A stretch of 64,000 bases of DNA from an uncultured virus (IMG/VR IMGVR_UViG_3300032167_000055) (Duplodnaviria > Heunggongvirae > Uroviricota > Caudoviricetes), in the IMG/VR virus record IMGVR_UViG_3300032167_000055; one strand, 5' to 3'. The notes under the pieces are model-generated. The model worked only from the letters and a program-made list of their open reading frames with translations. It was not told the DNA's origin and did not search any database. Each line of letters starts with the position of its first letter. The first letter of the stretch is position 1. Below, piece by piece: positions 32,801-42,223 of this stretch. Made by a program: the position numbers and the translations under genes.

Positions 32801-34683
32801 TCAATCGTTCTTTGCGTTTCATTATCAATAAGTATAGGTTTCTTGTTTTCAAAACCAATACAAATCTCATTTTCACCCACCTGAATACCTTGTTTATTAA
32901 TAACATCGGCAATTTCTTGCTGACTAAACATTATTTCACAAGTATCAGATTTGAACCTTATGAACTGCTTACTAAGTTCATCGTATTCAACTGTGGTGAT
33001 ATAATCACCGTTCAACTTAAAGGCATAACCAACTTCAAAGAATTCTTCAAGATCAGTTTCAGAAGATATTAATTTCTTAAGTCTTTCAAGTGATGTAATT
33101 GACTTAGACCCAAAACGTTCAATGAACATCTTGTTGTAATTAGTTACAATCTGTACCTTATCTGGACCAGATTTAACAACAGGATATAAGAAGTTCTGAT
33201 TAAGTATTAACTTCTTAGCTCCACCAATATACATGAACTTATCATCAATAAACTTAGGAATATCAACTGTAATAGTATGTCTACGTCTGTTAACATCTTC
33301 AAGAACCACAGTATGAGTATCCTTGTAATTAAGTTCATCAGATGTGTCTTTGATATCATATTTAATGATAGTCATAGGAATAGACTTTTCATTAAGAGAA
33401 GCAAATGCATTAACCAAATCTTTTGGCATAACCTTCTCATTATAAGTTCTATCAAAGTTTGCAAACTTAATAGTCTTAACGTTATTATTTGTAGTTCTCA
33501 TAACCTTAGATACATCTGATGATGGTATAGGCATATGAGTACTTTGAACAGATCTGAGCTTGTCAATCGTCATATCACCTACAATGATCTTTCCTTGTTC
33601 TTCTCTAATCTGTTTATCTCTTGCTGAACTTGCTGACGAAACAGGTTTATTATCTGCAATAGCTTTATTATAAAGATCTTCTAAAAGTTTTCTATCACTT
33701 TCAATCTCTTTTTCAGCTAATTTCTTAGCAGACTCTTCGTCTGTAGTTTTTGAAGCAGCATTGTCTGCTTTGTCTTCTAACTTCTTTTCAATATCTGTAG
33801 GTTTCTTTTCTGTAGGTTTCACCATAACAGAAGCTACATCTTTATCCGTAACTGTACTCTCTACATCTCCTACAAAATTAAATTCATTAGATAGACTAAC
33901 TCGTACATTTTCAGCAGTTTCTTCTTTCTTAATGAGTTCATCATCAAGAGCTTCTTCAATCTTTTTTGCTCTATTAGGGATAAGCTTTGCAAGAAGCATT
34001 CTAAGTTTCATGGCAGTCTTACCCTTTTCAGCATGTGCCGGATTAATCTTGATAGAACTATTTTTATAGAAAATATAAATATCATGATCGAACTTAGAGC
34101 AGATTGTATGATCTTTATATAACGTAAAATAGATCATAAAAATCGGGTTGTTCAATTTTTCTTTAAGCTTACCCGAAAACGCATCTGCATATTTTTCTGC
34201 ATTGATTATGATATATTTATTTTCATATCCAGCAGTATTTGGATCATTGATAATTTGATCCATATAACTCCAAAACAAATTAACTCTTGTAAACGGATCA
34301 AAATTATCAGTTATTTCATGATATATCTGTAAATACTTTGACAACTCAAAGTATGTATTACGATCAAATCCTGAAAGTGTAATCGTAGGTACAGGTGTAA
34401 GACCTGTATCTGTTTTAACTTTTTCGTATATATTTTTCTTTTCCTTATCTCTGATATAGAACTTACGGTTCTTTAATCTACCAGAGTAGGTTGTATTGTA
34501 GAAATAATGGGAATAATTACCTATAGGAGTATAGTTCGACCCATTATTTATTTCAGAAATTGATTCTGGAATAGACTCAGTATAAAGATATACTAAGTTC
34601 CCTCGTCCAATTTTTTCACCCTTAGGAAGATAAACTCTTCTTGTAAATAGGGTTAATTCAGGGACATCAATAGGGTAAATCAT
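29845..34683 (-). CDS. Virion RNA polymerase beta-like subunit (1612 aa)
   Basis: 'STSPDGSVG', 'DDPTRT...KQSKH', 'YNTYQDS', 'GSKVAYFTGLKATI', 'SVLKRMTPS', 'RSPLTGQVTGADK'; upstream AACA-TTTTCG-TA late motif. Confidence 0.85.
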   Translation of the reverse strand: MIYPIDVPELTLFTRRVYLPKGEKIGRGNLVYLYTESIPESISEINNGSNYTPIGNYSHYFYNTTYSGRLKNRKFYIRDKEKKNIYEKVKTDTGLTPVPTITLSGFDRNTYFELSKYLQIYHEITDNFDPFTRVNLFWSYMDQIINDPNTAGYENKYIIINAEKYADAFSGKLKEKLNNPIFMIYFTLYKDHTICSKFDHDIYIFYKNSSIKINPAHAEKGKTAMKLRMLLAKLIPNRAKKIEEALDDELIKKEETAENVRVSLSNEFNFVGDVESTVTDKDVASVMVKPTEKKPTDIEKKLEDKADNAASKTTDEESAKKLAEKEIESDRKLLEDLYNKAIADNKPVSSASSARDKQIREEQGKIIVGDMTIDKLRSVQSTHMPIPSSDVSKVMRTTNNNVKTIKFANFDRTYNEKVMPKDLVNAFASLNEKSIPMTIIKYDIKDTSDELNYKDTHTVVLEDVNRRRHTITVDIPKFIDDKFMYIGGAKKLILNQNFLYPVVKSGPDKVQIVTNYNKMFIERFGSKSITSLERLKKLISSETDLEEFFEVGYAFKLNGDYITTVEYDELSKQFIRFKSDTCEIMFSQQEIADVINKQGIQVGENEICIGFENKKPILIDNETQRTIDNRSIAEVILDNLPEEFRDKYESIKTPKRLMYSAATTMSQKVSLGLLMGFWEGMGSVLKALNLDYRLEEKVPKTLKVGESFIQFKDCVLVYTENVAQSLVMNGFRLIETKEYEIAEMETKEPYMNYFVKVYGKRNISNALMNTYEFTIDPITKEILADLNLPTQFVPLCIYANSLLADSQYTPDYNQHLCRIRRTEIIPAILYDSIAKQYVIYKNSNGRKKLTIARDDVIKKLLALPTVEEYSTLNPLLEMERTHTTMYKGWRGINEDRTYTQDKRVYDKSMVGIIGLSTSPDGSVGVQKTLTLEPNIVSARGYVKVTDNEKELKDVNLFSPAEILCPLGPTRDDPTRTGHGIKQSKHVIPVKHSSPVLISNGAEEAIRFDLSTDFVINAKQDGEVVEVNEDLGIIICRYKDGTCQAINTKSQIEKNGGGGFYIANTLITNLKLGDKFKKNDLLAWHKDFFKSNMYTGSRFNMGTMAKIAIMSTYNTYQDSTVITDKLSHEMATEMVFNKQVVIGKNATVDYIAKVGDKVDVGSSLVQFDTSYEDDELNKLLSTLSGALKEGVIENSRNNIQSKIAGVIEDIKMYSTVDLSDLSPSLQKIFGKYYHKINEKKKLLTKYDDNDSIVKCGLLFNETTGKVAPNKYGVLKGQKIEDGVLIEFYIKHEEYLEIGSKVAYFTGLKATIGEVIPPGYEPYSDFRKDEEVSTFIAANSVLKRMTPSILLTSLGNKCLVELKRKLQEIFTSKPDDETCKEEMTNIIYRFFTAFDKTKTNTNKYKDMFDPMSPSAFRRWFKGFFMDEDAYLILDIVDYERTISMDDIERAAKVINVPLFEYVYLPHITMDKGKTVRTRTPVPVGYIHIKRTQQTVAKKNGISTSSDIRSPLTGQVTGADKNGRESDLENIMLVSLGMTECLRELNGPRADDMVAKREMLSDISKQGYVKLNDLTYDVNNKTTLNTVDAYFIGMGIKTDLVTKGNMLKSTLKKEL

Positions 34684-34805
34684 TATCTGTCACCTACTTT
34701 CTTTGTCATTACGAAAATGTTTTCTGGGTAAAAAATACCAGAAAACTAAGAAAAATCAAACGTATATTATTGTATAGAATAACATGATAAAGTGAGGATA
34801 AAAAG

Positions 34806-35006
34806 ATGGGTAAAGTTTTAAATGAATCTGAAATACGGAATAGAATTGAAGAATTAGAAACTAAATTAAAAGAAAATGAAGAGTTATATAAAACTGCTAC
34901 GTATCCTTACGACAAACGTATTCTGATGAACTCATATAATATTGAGTCTCAATTAGATGCGTTGTACTATGTCTTAGGAGAAAAATATACATATAAACAT
35001 ATGTAA
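34806..35006 (+). CDS. Small hypothetical protein
   Basis: 66-aa ORF with GAGG RBS and upstream TATATTAT. Confidence 0.6.
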   Translation: MGKVLNESEIRNRIEELETKLKENEELYKTATYPYDKRILMNSYNIESQLDALYYVLGEKYTYKHM

Positions 35007-35027
35007 AACTAAATAAAATAAGGAGGT

Positions 35028-35228
35028 ATGGAAATGGTTACATATGATGAATTTGTGGAGAGTGGACTTAGAAAAGTAAAATATGATCAACTCGGAGGTA
35101 ATGTACACGATATGTCTACTGATGAATCAGAGATGTACAAAGCAATGTTAATTGCTGAAACTCACGAGTGCAAGGACAATGAACATATTGGTATCATTTC
35201 CATTCTCTCATGTAATGGGCTAATGTAA
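35028..35228 (+). CDS. Small hypothetical protein
   Basis: 66-aa ORF near an AGGAGG RBS, followed by a terminator-like hairpin. Confidence 0.55.
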   Translation: MEMVTYDEFVESGLRKVKYDQLGGNVHDMSTDESEMYKAMLIAETHECKDNEHIGIISILSCNGLM

Positions 35229-35363
35229 AAAGATAAGGAGGGGTGATATTATGTCACCCCTCGTACTTAGTTCTTTTTTTAATTTATTTAAAAACCACAT
35301 TATTATAAATACATATGTTTTGAAATGCATTTTAAAATATAAAATAAAGAAAGGGTTATAACC

Positions 35364-36011
35364 ATGGCAAATTTTGATGAATTGCTTGAGTCTGTTGTAG
35401 ACTATAACGAAACAAGATTTGATGAACTGTTCACAGAAGGTGCTAATCTCGAAATTAGATATAAATATAAAGCTTTAAGAAAAGAATATAAAGCACTGAA
35501 TAAAAAAATTAAAGAATCTAAGAAATCCGGTGAAACTGACAAGATTGAGAAAACCATAGATGAATATCTTGAACTTATGAAGAAAACAAGAAAAGAAATT
35601 GACGACACTCCAGAAACTGTTGGCAGTGTTATTGCTGGCTTTTTTATTGCTGAAGTCATGGATTTCTGTGAAATCTTTTTAGCAACAGTTGTTTCATTAC
35701 CTCTTGCAGGTATTGGTGGAACAATTGATTCTATCAAGATCCTTATTCAGGAAATAGCTGGAATTGTACGTCAATATAAAAAAGTTAATAAAGGAGAATT
35801 CTCTATTGAAATGCTTAACATTCGTAGAGCTAAATTAAATTCAGTAATGGATTCAATGGAGTCTTATCTCAAGAAAGTAAAGAAAGGTCTTAATGATACT
35901 GATAATGTAAAAGAATCTGTTGAAGACATTAAACTCAACATTTATGAGTCTTGTCATGCAGGTGAAATTACCGAGGCAGAAAGAGATATTCTTCTTGGTA
36001 TCGTCGAATAA
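35364..36011 (+). CDS. Putative head protein with an IYES-GEIT motif
   Basis: C-terminus 'IKLNIYESCHAGEITEAERDILL'. Confidence 0.7.
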   Translation: MANFDELLESVVDYNETRFDELFTEGANLEIRYKYKALRKEYKALNKKIKESKKSGETDKIEKTIDEYLELMKKTRKEIDDTPETVGSVIAGFFIAEVMDFCEIFLATVVSLPLAGIGGTIDSIKILIQEIAGIVRQYKKVNKGEFSIEMLNIRRAKLNSVMDSMESYLKKVKKGLNDTDNVKESVEDIKLNIYESCHAGEITEAERDILLGIVE

Positions 36012-36102
36012 TATTCTTAATATAGAGTGGTGTTTACAAACACCACTCTATATTTTTATCCATATATTATTTTAGTAATATTAGGATATGGAGGGACTAT
36101 AA

Positions 36103-36783
36103 ATGAATTATCCACAAAACTTATATGAAGAATTATACAACAAGACTTTCTTTAGAACTCCTCAAATAGGTCCAGCTAATTATATGGATAAAAAAGAGAA
36201 TGTAGATGAATGGGAAGAAAAAGTAGATTCTACTATTGCGGATTTCTTTAGGAGAGATAATAACTACGAAAAGCAATGTATGTTAGCGATTCTTAAAAGA
36301 TTCAAGTTTAATGAAACATATGATAATATTGCAAGATTTTTAGATATATCAGTTTATCTTGTTAAGAAAAGAGTAGACCAAGGATTAGAACTTTTATATG
36401 ACTATATGTATTTAAAATCGGATCAATTTAATCCAGATATTAAAAAGATATCTGATATGACTGAGGATGAATTTAAATCATATTACACGGAAAATTTAGC
36501 TTGTAGAAATCTTACAACTAGATTATCAAATGCTCTTGCTAGATCTGGCATAGCTAGTATTCAGTCTCTTGCATACAATTTAGGTTTTAAATTAAACTGG
36601 AAAAATAGGGGAGGTTATTTATTTCCTTCACCTGATGAAATTAAGAATTACCAAAAATTCAATATTAGAAATTTTGGTAGAAAAGGTTATGAAGAGTTAT
36701 GGGAAAAATGTAGATTAATGGAAGTTAATAGACGCTTAGGTTTACCATACGGAATGACAAAGTTAGTGAAGGAAGATGCATAA
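36103..36783 (+). CDS. Protein with sigma-70 region 4-like HTH and RNAP alpha-CTD-like domain
   Basis: 'TYDNIARFLDISVYLVK' HTH; 'LTTRLSNALARSGI...IRNFGRKGYEEL' resembles alpha-CTD. Confidence 0.6.
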   Translation: MNYPQNLYEELYNKTFFRTPQIGPANYMDKKENVDEWEEKVDSTIADFFRRDNNYEKQCMLAILKRFKFNETYDNIARFLDISVYLVKKRVDQGLELLYDYMYLKSDQFNPDIKKISDMTEDEFKSYYTENLACRNLTTRLSNALARSGIASIQSLAYNLGFKLNWKNRGGYLFPSPDEIKNYQKFNIRNFGRKGYEELWEKCRLMEVNRRLGLPYGMTKLVKEDA

Positions 36784-36801
36784 AAGCATCTTCCTTCTTT
36801 T

Positions 36802-37119
36802 TTATTCAGCTGTAATACTAATTTTGATTTTCTTTCCATCAGATACGATGTTGTAGGTATATAGACTTGAAGAATCGATCTTTCTTTCAAGATCCGATAT
36901 GACCTCTTTGGTCTTAACCCCTTTGTCCATAGTCATACTAACGTATAAAGAAGTATCTGAGGAGAAGTCATATTTTAAAGTAAGAATCGAATCAGAAATC
37001 TCTTCAACTAGTCTATAGAAGAGTTTGAATTTCGTATATTTTTTGCATACTAAATCATAGAGAAGATCAATGTCATCTCCAACCATGTTAGATGCAAAAG
37101 TAGACATTCTTCTTTCCAT
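36802..37119 (-). CDS. Hypothetical protein
   Basis: 105-aa ORF with GAGG RBS. Confidence 0.6.
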   Translation of the reverse strand: MERRMSTFASNMVGDDIDLLYDLVCKKYTKFKLFYRLVEEISDSILTLKYDFSSDTSLYVSMTMDKGVKTKEVISDLERKIDSSSLYTYNIVSDGKKIKISITAE

Positions 37120-37152
37120 TATTTTTCTACCTCAACATCATTTATTTTTTTC

Positions 37153-37410
37153 TTACTTAGTAAGAATTGCATTTTGAATATTCATTGAACGTTGATTGTT
37201 TTCAAGTTCTTTTTGGTGTTTTTGTTCTTCTTCCAGGCGTTTTAACTTGGCATCTCGTAAACCAAGTAACGTTTTATAAGGCAATTTATTAAGGATATCA
37301 TCTAATGTAAGAGATCCCTTAAAAAATTCTAGAAAATTTTCTAGAGACGCGGTAAACTCTTTTTGTCGATTCGCGTACTGCCCAGTTCCTGGAACTGACG
37401 AAAAACCTCT
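37153..37410 (-). CDS. Start-less ORF in the -1 frame, probable frameshift extension of 37341-39059
   Basis: The -1 frame opens at AGA GGT TTT TCG, exactly at G-GTT-TTT, and runs 85 codons (...LEFFKGSLTLDDILNKLPYK...ILTK*). Confidence 0.55.
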   Translation of the reverse strand, partial: RGFSSVPGTGQYANRQKEFTASLENFLEFFKGSLTLDDILNKLPYKTLLGLRDAKLKRLEEEQKHQKELENNQRSMNIQNAILTK

Positions 37411-39059
37411 TCATCAATGTCAACAGCGACAACCTCCGTTACATTACCACAACTAGGACAAACTACATTCTGTACACCGAATGAGTATGCGTAATCTTCG
37501 TCGGTCTGATTCATAATAGCAGAGATGATCTCATAATCAGTAAGAGGTACGTTATAAAGAACTTCAACGATATTTTCGATATTATCTTCACGGATGGTGT
37601 ATTCCTGGTTTTCATCCTTGAAGTAGATTGCACTTACGTAATTAGTTACATAAGTAATAATTTCACGAACCTTATTGGTATCATCCGGATGCTTCTCATT
37701 CATAATAGCTTCAATATCATTAATAAACGGAAGTACTGAATGAATCATATCATAACATGATCTGTTACCAATTTCAAGTCCTACACCGGTTCCAGGGAGT
37801 TCAATGATCTGCTTTGTAATAATAGAAGAATCATTGTGATATTTAACAGCTTCTTCACCATCAAGGCTACCTGCAGTTTCCATGATCTCAATAAAACGAG
37901 GACTGAGTCTCTTAGTAATAAGAAGATTACGAGGATTGAATCCTACAGAGAAATTCTTCTTACAAGAATCAACTCCACAAAGCAAACCAAGTTCAAGAGA
38001 TTCAGGATTTGTAGCAATGTAAAGACCATATGTTCCAAGAGACACATCCTTGAATGCAAAATTACGAAGGAAATCATCAAAACTTGTAAACATACCAATT
38101 GATGAATTGATAATTGCATTATAAATTACAGAAAGTTTCTTTGTTAAAGTTTCAACCTCTGTAATATCTGCTGATAATGCCAAATCCATATATTCACCGA
38201 AAGTAAGACCACGTAAAGTCACTCTGAATCTGGATGCTACAAATGTCATCAGTGCAGATACTCCGATAGACTTACGAACCTGACTCGTGAAATCTTTTAA
38301 AAAGTTTTCATCCGGCTTAACAACTTTACCGGTATTAATATTAATTGTATTAACTGTGATGAGTTCAATTTGCTTAGCAACACTCATCTTTTCTCTTTCT
38401 TCAGGAGTAAACTCAACTACAGTTCTATCTCCTTCTTTAGTAGCTTCTTTCTCGATCAGTACAGATACCTTTGAAGTATCTTCTGCATTTGTAAGAGCAG
38501 CTACAGGGGTTTCAGGCTTGTTTTCACCAGCATTTTCTTTAACTGCAGAAGCAGGTACAAATAAACCTGAATTGTCAATATTACGCTGTTCACCAGCAAT
38601 AATTGTATCTGCAGAAATATCTGATCCAATAACGTCACTGGACTGAACTACATTATCTCCGTCTTCAACTGCAGCTTCCTGATTTGCAGCTCTAAGATCA
38701 TCGATATCAAGTTTATCCAATCTGTCAACGAGTTCAGCCATTTCAAGGTCAGTTTCTGGACGCTTAGTAATTCCTACAAGTCTTGCTTTTTCAGCAAGTT
38801 CATCCATGTCATTCATAGTCTTCTGAACACTGTCGATTCTTTCATCAGTCATAGAACCACCACGTTTAGGACCATCATCATTATTATTTACGATAGGAAC
38901 ACCTTTTCCCTGACGCTCCTGCATCATCTGTAAAGGTGTTTTATTAACAGCTGCACTAGGTGTAGCTATTGGTTCTTCTGAATTTGCATTTCCTTTAGCA
39001 GTCTGGAAAAGGGCAGCTACATCCAGATTACTATTCTGAGTTATTTTTGTTTCACTCAT
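37341..39059 (-). CDS. Putative baseplate hub/tail assembly chaperone-like protein
   Basis: 572 aa with two Cys pairs ('CGVDSC', 'CPSCG'); follows a gp25-like gene. Confidence 0.55.
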   Translation of the reverse strand: MSETKITQNSNLDVAALFQTAKGNANSEEPIATPSAAVNKTPLQMMQERQGKGVPIVNNNDDGPKRGGSMTDERIDSVQKTMNDMDELAEKARLVGITKRPETDLEMAELVDRLDKLDIDDLRAANQEAAVEDGDNVVQSSDVIGSDISADTIIAGEQRNIDNSGLFVPASAVKENAGENKPETPVAALTNAEDTSKVSVLIEKEATKEGDRTVVEFTPEEREKMSVAKQIELITVNTININTGKVVKPDENFLKDFTSQVRKSIGVSALMTFVASRFRVTLRGLTFGEYMDLALSADITEVETLTKKLSVIYNAIINSSIGMFTSFDDFLRNFAFKDVSLGTYGLYIATNPESLELGLLCGVDSCKKNFSVGFNPRNLLITKRLSPRFIEIMETAGSLDGEEAVKYHNDSSIITKQIIELPGTGVGLEIGNRSCYDMIHSVLPFINDIEAIMNEKHPDDTNKVREIITYVTNYVSAIYFKDENQEYTIREDNIENIVEVLYNVPLTDYEIISAIMNQTDEDYAYSFGVQNVVCPSCGNVTEVVAVDIDEEVFRQFQELGSTRIDKKSLPRL

Positions 39060-39090
39060 AATTTTAGTTTCCTTTCTTTTTTGTTATGTA

Positions 39091-39510
39091 TTACACATCC
39101 GTACTCCAATTAAAATTATATTCTACTTGGTTATTGGATGCAGTAATTCCAATGATAAGACTCCTACTTACATTTTTTATCATAGTAGGAATTTTAAATA
39201 AAATAGTAGGAGCATCATTACCATACTGATCTTTGAGAATTGTCTTTATGACATCAAAATCTCCGTTGTTAACTACACCAGAAAAAGATGAACAATTCTG
39301 AACTAATTCAGTTTTAAGATCATCTTCTTTTATTTCATCAAACATAGTTAAAACGTATCTAGCGACATCCATTCCAAGATTAGGTAATGTAGGATATGCT
39401 CCTTTTTTACCAAATAACACTGTTAAAATATTTTTTGCCAGTGTTTCTGTTTCTGAATACATTTTAGGATTACCGAAATTATCGGTTCCAAATCCAGGAT
39501 CTATAGCCAT
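39091..39510 (-). CDS. Baseplate wedge gp25/GPW-like protein
   Basis: 'LAKNILTVLFGKKGAYPTLPNLGMDV' matches the gp25-type pattern. Confidence 0.6.
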   Translation of the reverse strand: MAIDPGFGTDNFGNPKMYSETETLAKNILTVLFGKKGAYPTLPNLGMDVARYVLTMFDEIKEDDLKTELVQNCSSFSGVVNNGDFDVIKTILKDQYGNDAPTILFKIPTMIKNVSRSLIIGITASNNQVEYNFNWSTDV

Positions 39511-39613
39511 GATATATTACCAATCCTTTCTTATTCAAGTGTATTTTAGATAATAAATTATTGAAAATTATGAAGAGAATACATATTGTATTCTCTTCAT
39601 AATATATTGTAAT

Positions 39614-39982
39614 TTATTTTATACGTACTAATGTAACGCGCCAATTAAATGCACGTGCCTCACTTACAGAATCATTATGAAATAAATAAATTGTAAATAT
39701 GCCGTTAGTTATATTTACTATAGATACATGCTGAATTGTATTTCTTCCTGTCTGATATGCATACATAAATGTATTATTGGTATTGATGCCATTAGAATTT
39801 ATTTGTACGTTTGTATTTTGTCCAACCCATGCTTCAACTGTGATAATTGCGCAGTAAATACCATTAGGTATGTCATTTACATTTGTACTTGTACTTCCAG
39901 TTCCACCACCTTCACTTCCAACACATGTCATTTGTCCATATGATGTAAATATATCTCCAATAACAGATGCGTTACTATTTAG
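39614..39982 (-). other. Silent tail-fibre cassette 4
   Basis: LNSNASVIGDIFTSYGQMTCVG...IPNGIY...VTLVRIK*; frame opens at the element core. Confidence 0.8.
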
Positions 39983-40051
39983 CTAAATAAAGAATCTGTA
40001 AGTCCCGAGAAATATCGAGACTTACAGAAATTTTACTTAACTAAATTCCGT
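39972..40051 (-). repeat. 80-bp hairpin element, copy 4
   Basis: Near-identical to the other copies. Confidence 0.95.
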
Positions 40052-40098
40052 CCAACCCCCTACCTAATATCTTCAACTACAGTAGCGCATCAAATCCT

Positions 40099-41241
40099 TT
40101 ACTCAACCATATCAAGAAGAATATCTCTTTCTTCTTTGGTAATGTCACCTGTATGACAAGACTCATAAATTTCAAGTTTTAATGAATTAACTGACATTGA
40201 AGATTCAATAACAGGTGATACATTTTTACTTGTATTCATCTTGTTTTTTGCATCCAGAAGTTTTTGCTTTGCTTCATTAATTTTATCAATATCACTTTTT
40301 GTTTCGGATTTTACTTCTTTTAAACGTGATATTTCATCTTTTATAGATGGAATATTATTATTAGTATCCGTGGTAGAGGAATTATTTTTCTTATTAAATT
40401 TAGATTTGATTTTATCAATCACACCTTCCTGAACTAAAGCCAATAATTCAGTTTTTTCTTCGTCAGTAATATCTCCTGAACGATGAGATTCAAAAATAGA
40501 TAACTTTATTTCATCTGCAGACTCTAGTAATTTTTCATTACTATTGATAAAATCATCTATTGATGATATACACTTATCTATTTCTTCAATAGATTTGTCT
40601 ACACAAGAAATTAATCTTTCTGTAGCTTCAGGAGTAGCTGTTGCATACTTTCTTGCAAGACTTTTCAATTCCTTGTGATATGTCTTAAGATTTGAAAATT
40701 CCGCTTTTAAAGTTTTCTTACCATCCTTAATACGAGAAATGCATTCCATAGCATCATCACTTGTTTTCTTCCATTCAGCAGCCTTCTTAGGATCAAAATC
40801 AGGATTAGCCTCAGTTCTATATCTATTAACTATGGTTTCATCATATTTATAGAAACCATCATAAACCTGTTTAGTTTTAGCACCAAATAAATCCGCAAGT
40901 CTATCCGCGTCAGTAGATAATTTTGCATATTTCCATATATCAGAATTGAGATTTTTCTTAAGGGATTTGATAGTATCTTTAGATTTTTTAATTTTCTCAT
41001 CAATGTCTTTAAGTTCAGAATGTGACTTTATGACATCTTTAGCTTTTTTGTCGCGAATAAAAGCTGCAATTCCAGCAGATACTGCACCTATAGCAGTAAT
41101 AACACCACCAACTACAAAAGCTTTTTTATTATCAAGAACAACGTCTTCAATTGATTTTTCTTCTGCTAAAAATAATGAATCATCTTCTGTAATATAACCA
41201 GCTGATTCTAAAGCCAAGTATTTCAATTCTTGAAATTCCAT
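40099..41241 (-). CDS. Putative head protein with two IYES-GDIT motifs
   Basis: 'IKLSIFESHRSGDITDEEKTELL' and 'LKLEIYESCHTGDITKEERDILL'. Confidence 0.7.
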   Translation of the reverse strand: MEFQELKYLALESAGYITEDDSLFLAEEKSIEDVVLDNKKAFVVGGVITAIGAVSAGIAAFIRDKKAKDVIKSHSELKDIDEKIKKSKDTIKSLKKNLNSDIWKYAKLSTDADRLADLFGAKTKQVYDGFYKYDETIVNRYRTEANPDFDPKKAAEWKKTSDDAMECISRIKDGKKTLKAEFSNLKTYHKELKSLARKYATATPEATERLISCVDKSIEEIDKCISSIDDFINSNEKLLESADEIKLSIFESHRSGDITDEEKTELLALVQEGVIDKIKSKFNKKNNSSTTDTNNNIPSIKDEISRLKEVKSETKSDIDKINEAKQKLLDAKNKMNTSKNVSPVIESSMSVNSLKLEIYESCHTGDITKEERDILLDMVE

Positions 41242-41411
41242 GTTGTTATTTCCTTTCTTTAATATTTAGAATATTAAAACATATGTACTTATAGTATTGT
41301 GATTGATATAGATTTAGTTTATTTTAAGAATTTCACTATAAAAAAAATAGATATAATAATAAAGTATAGACGACAATATTTTAATGAATTTATGAAAGGC
41401 TGGTAACAACT

Positions 41412-42209
41412 ATGGCAACGAAAATGAGAAATAGAAGAAAAATTCATTGCCAGTTTTGTGATACTTATTTTTTAGACCCTGATGCATATACAATTCATTT
41501 AGAAACCGAACACGAAGATTTTCTTCCTGTTGATTTCTCAGGGTGGAGATATTATTACTATCAAAAGACTGGAAAACTTAAAGGTAGTTGTGTTATGTGT
41601 AAAGAAGAAACCGATTGGAATGAAACTACACATAAATACAATAGATTTTGTAATGATCCTCGTTGTAAGGAGAAATATAAAGAAATATTTAAAGAAAGAA
41701 TGATTGGCAAGTATGGGAAAGTTACTTTACTCAACGATCCTGAACACCAAAAGAAAATGCTTGCAAATAGAAAGATTTCCGGTATATATCCGTGGAGTGA
41801 TGATCCAAGAATTAAAATTCCTTATACGGGGAGTTATGAAAAAGCGTTTTTGGAATTTCTTGATTTGGATCTTCATTTTAATCCTAGGGATATTATTTCT
41901 CCGTCTCCTCATACGTATTATTATGAGTATAACGGAGAAAAGCATTTTTATATCCCAGATTTTTTTATTCCTTCATTAAATCTTGAAGTTGAAATTAAAG
42001 ATGGTGGTAGTAACCCTAACACCCATCATAAGATTCAGGATGTCGATAAGGTTAAAGAAAAACTTAAAGATGCTGTTATGAAATCAAATAAAAATACGTT
42101 TAATTACGTTAAGATTGAAGATAAGAATCATGTAAAGTTTCTTAACTATTTATTAGTTGCAAAACAGAAATTTTTAAATGATGAAGTTGAAAAAATCTTC
42201 ATGCCTTAG
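41412..42209 (+). CDS. Zinc-finger plus PD-(D/E)XK (TnsA/head-completion-like) nuclease
   Basis: C2H2 'CQFC...HLETEH', 'CVMC...CNDPRC', 'GSYEKAFL', 'HFYIPDF...EVEIK'. Confidence 0.7.
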   Translation: MATKMRNRRKIHCQFCDTYFLDPDAYTIHLETEHEDFLPVDFSGWRYYYYQKTGKLKGSCVMCKEETDWNETTHKYNRFCNDPRCKEKYKEIFKERMIGKYGKVTLLNDPEHQKKMLANRKISGIYPWSDDPRIKIPYTGSYEKAFLEFLDLDLHFNPRDIISPSPHTYYYEYNGEKHFYIPDFFIPSLNLEVEIKDGGSNPNTHHKIQDVDKVKEKLKDAVMKSNKNTFNYVKIEDKNHVKFLNYLLVAKQKFLNDEVEKIFMP

Positions 42210-42223
42210 AAAGGAAAACTATT

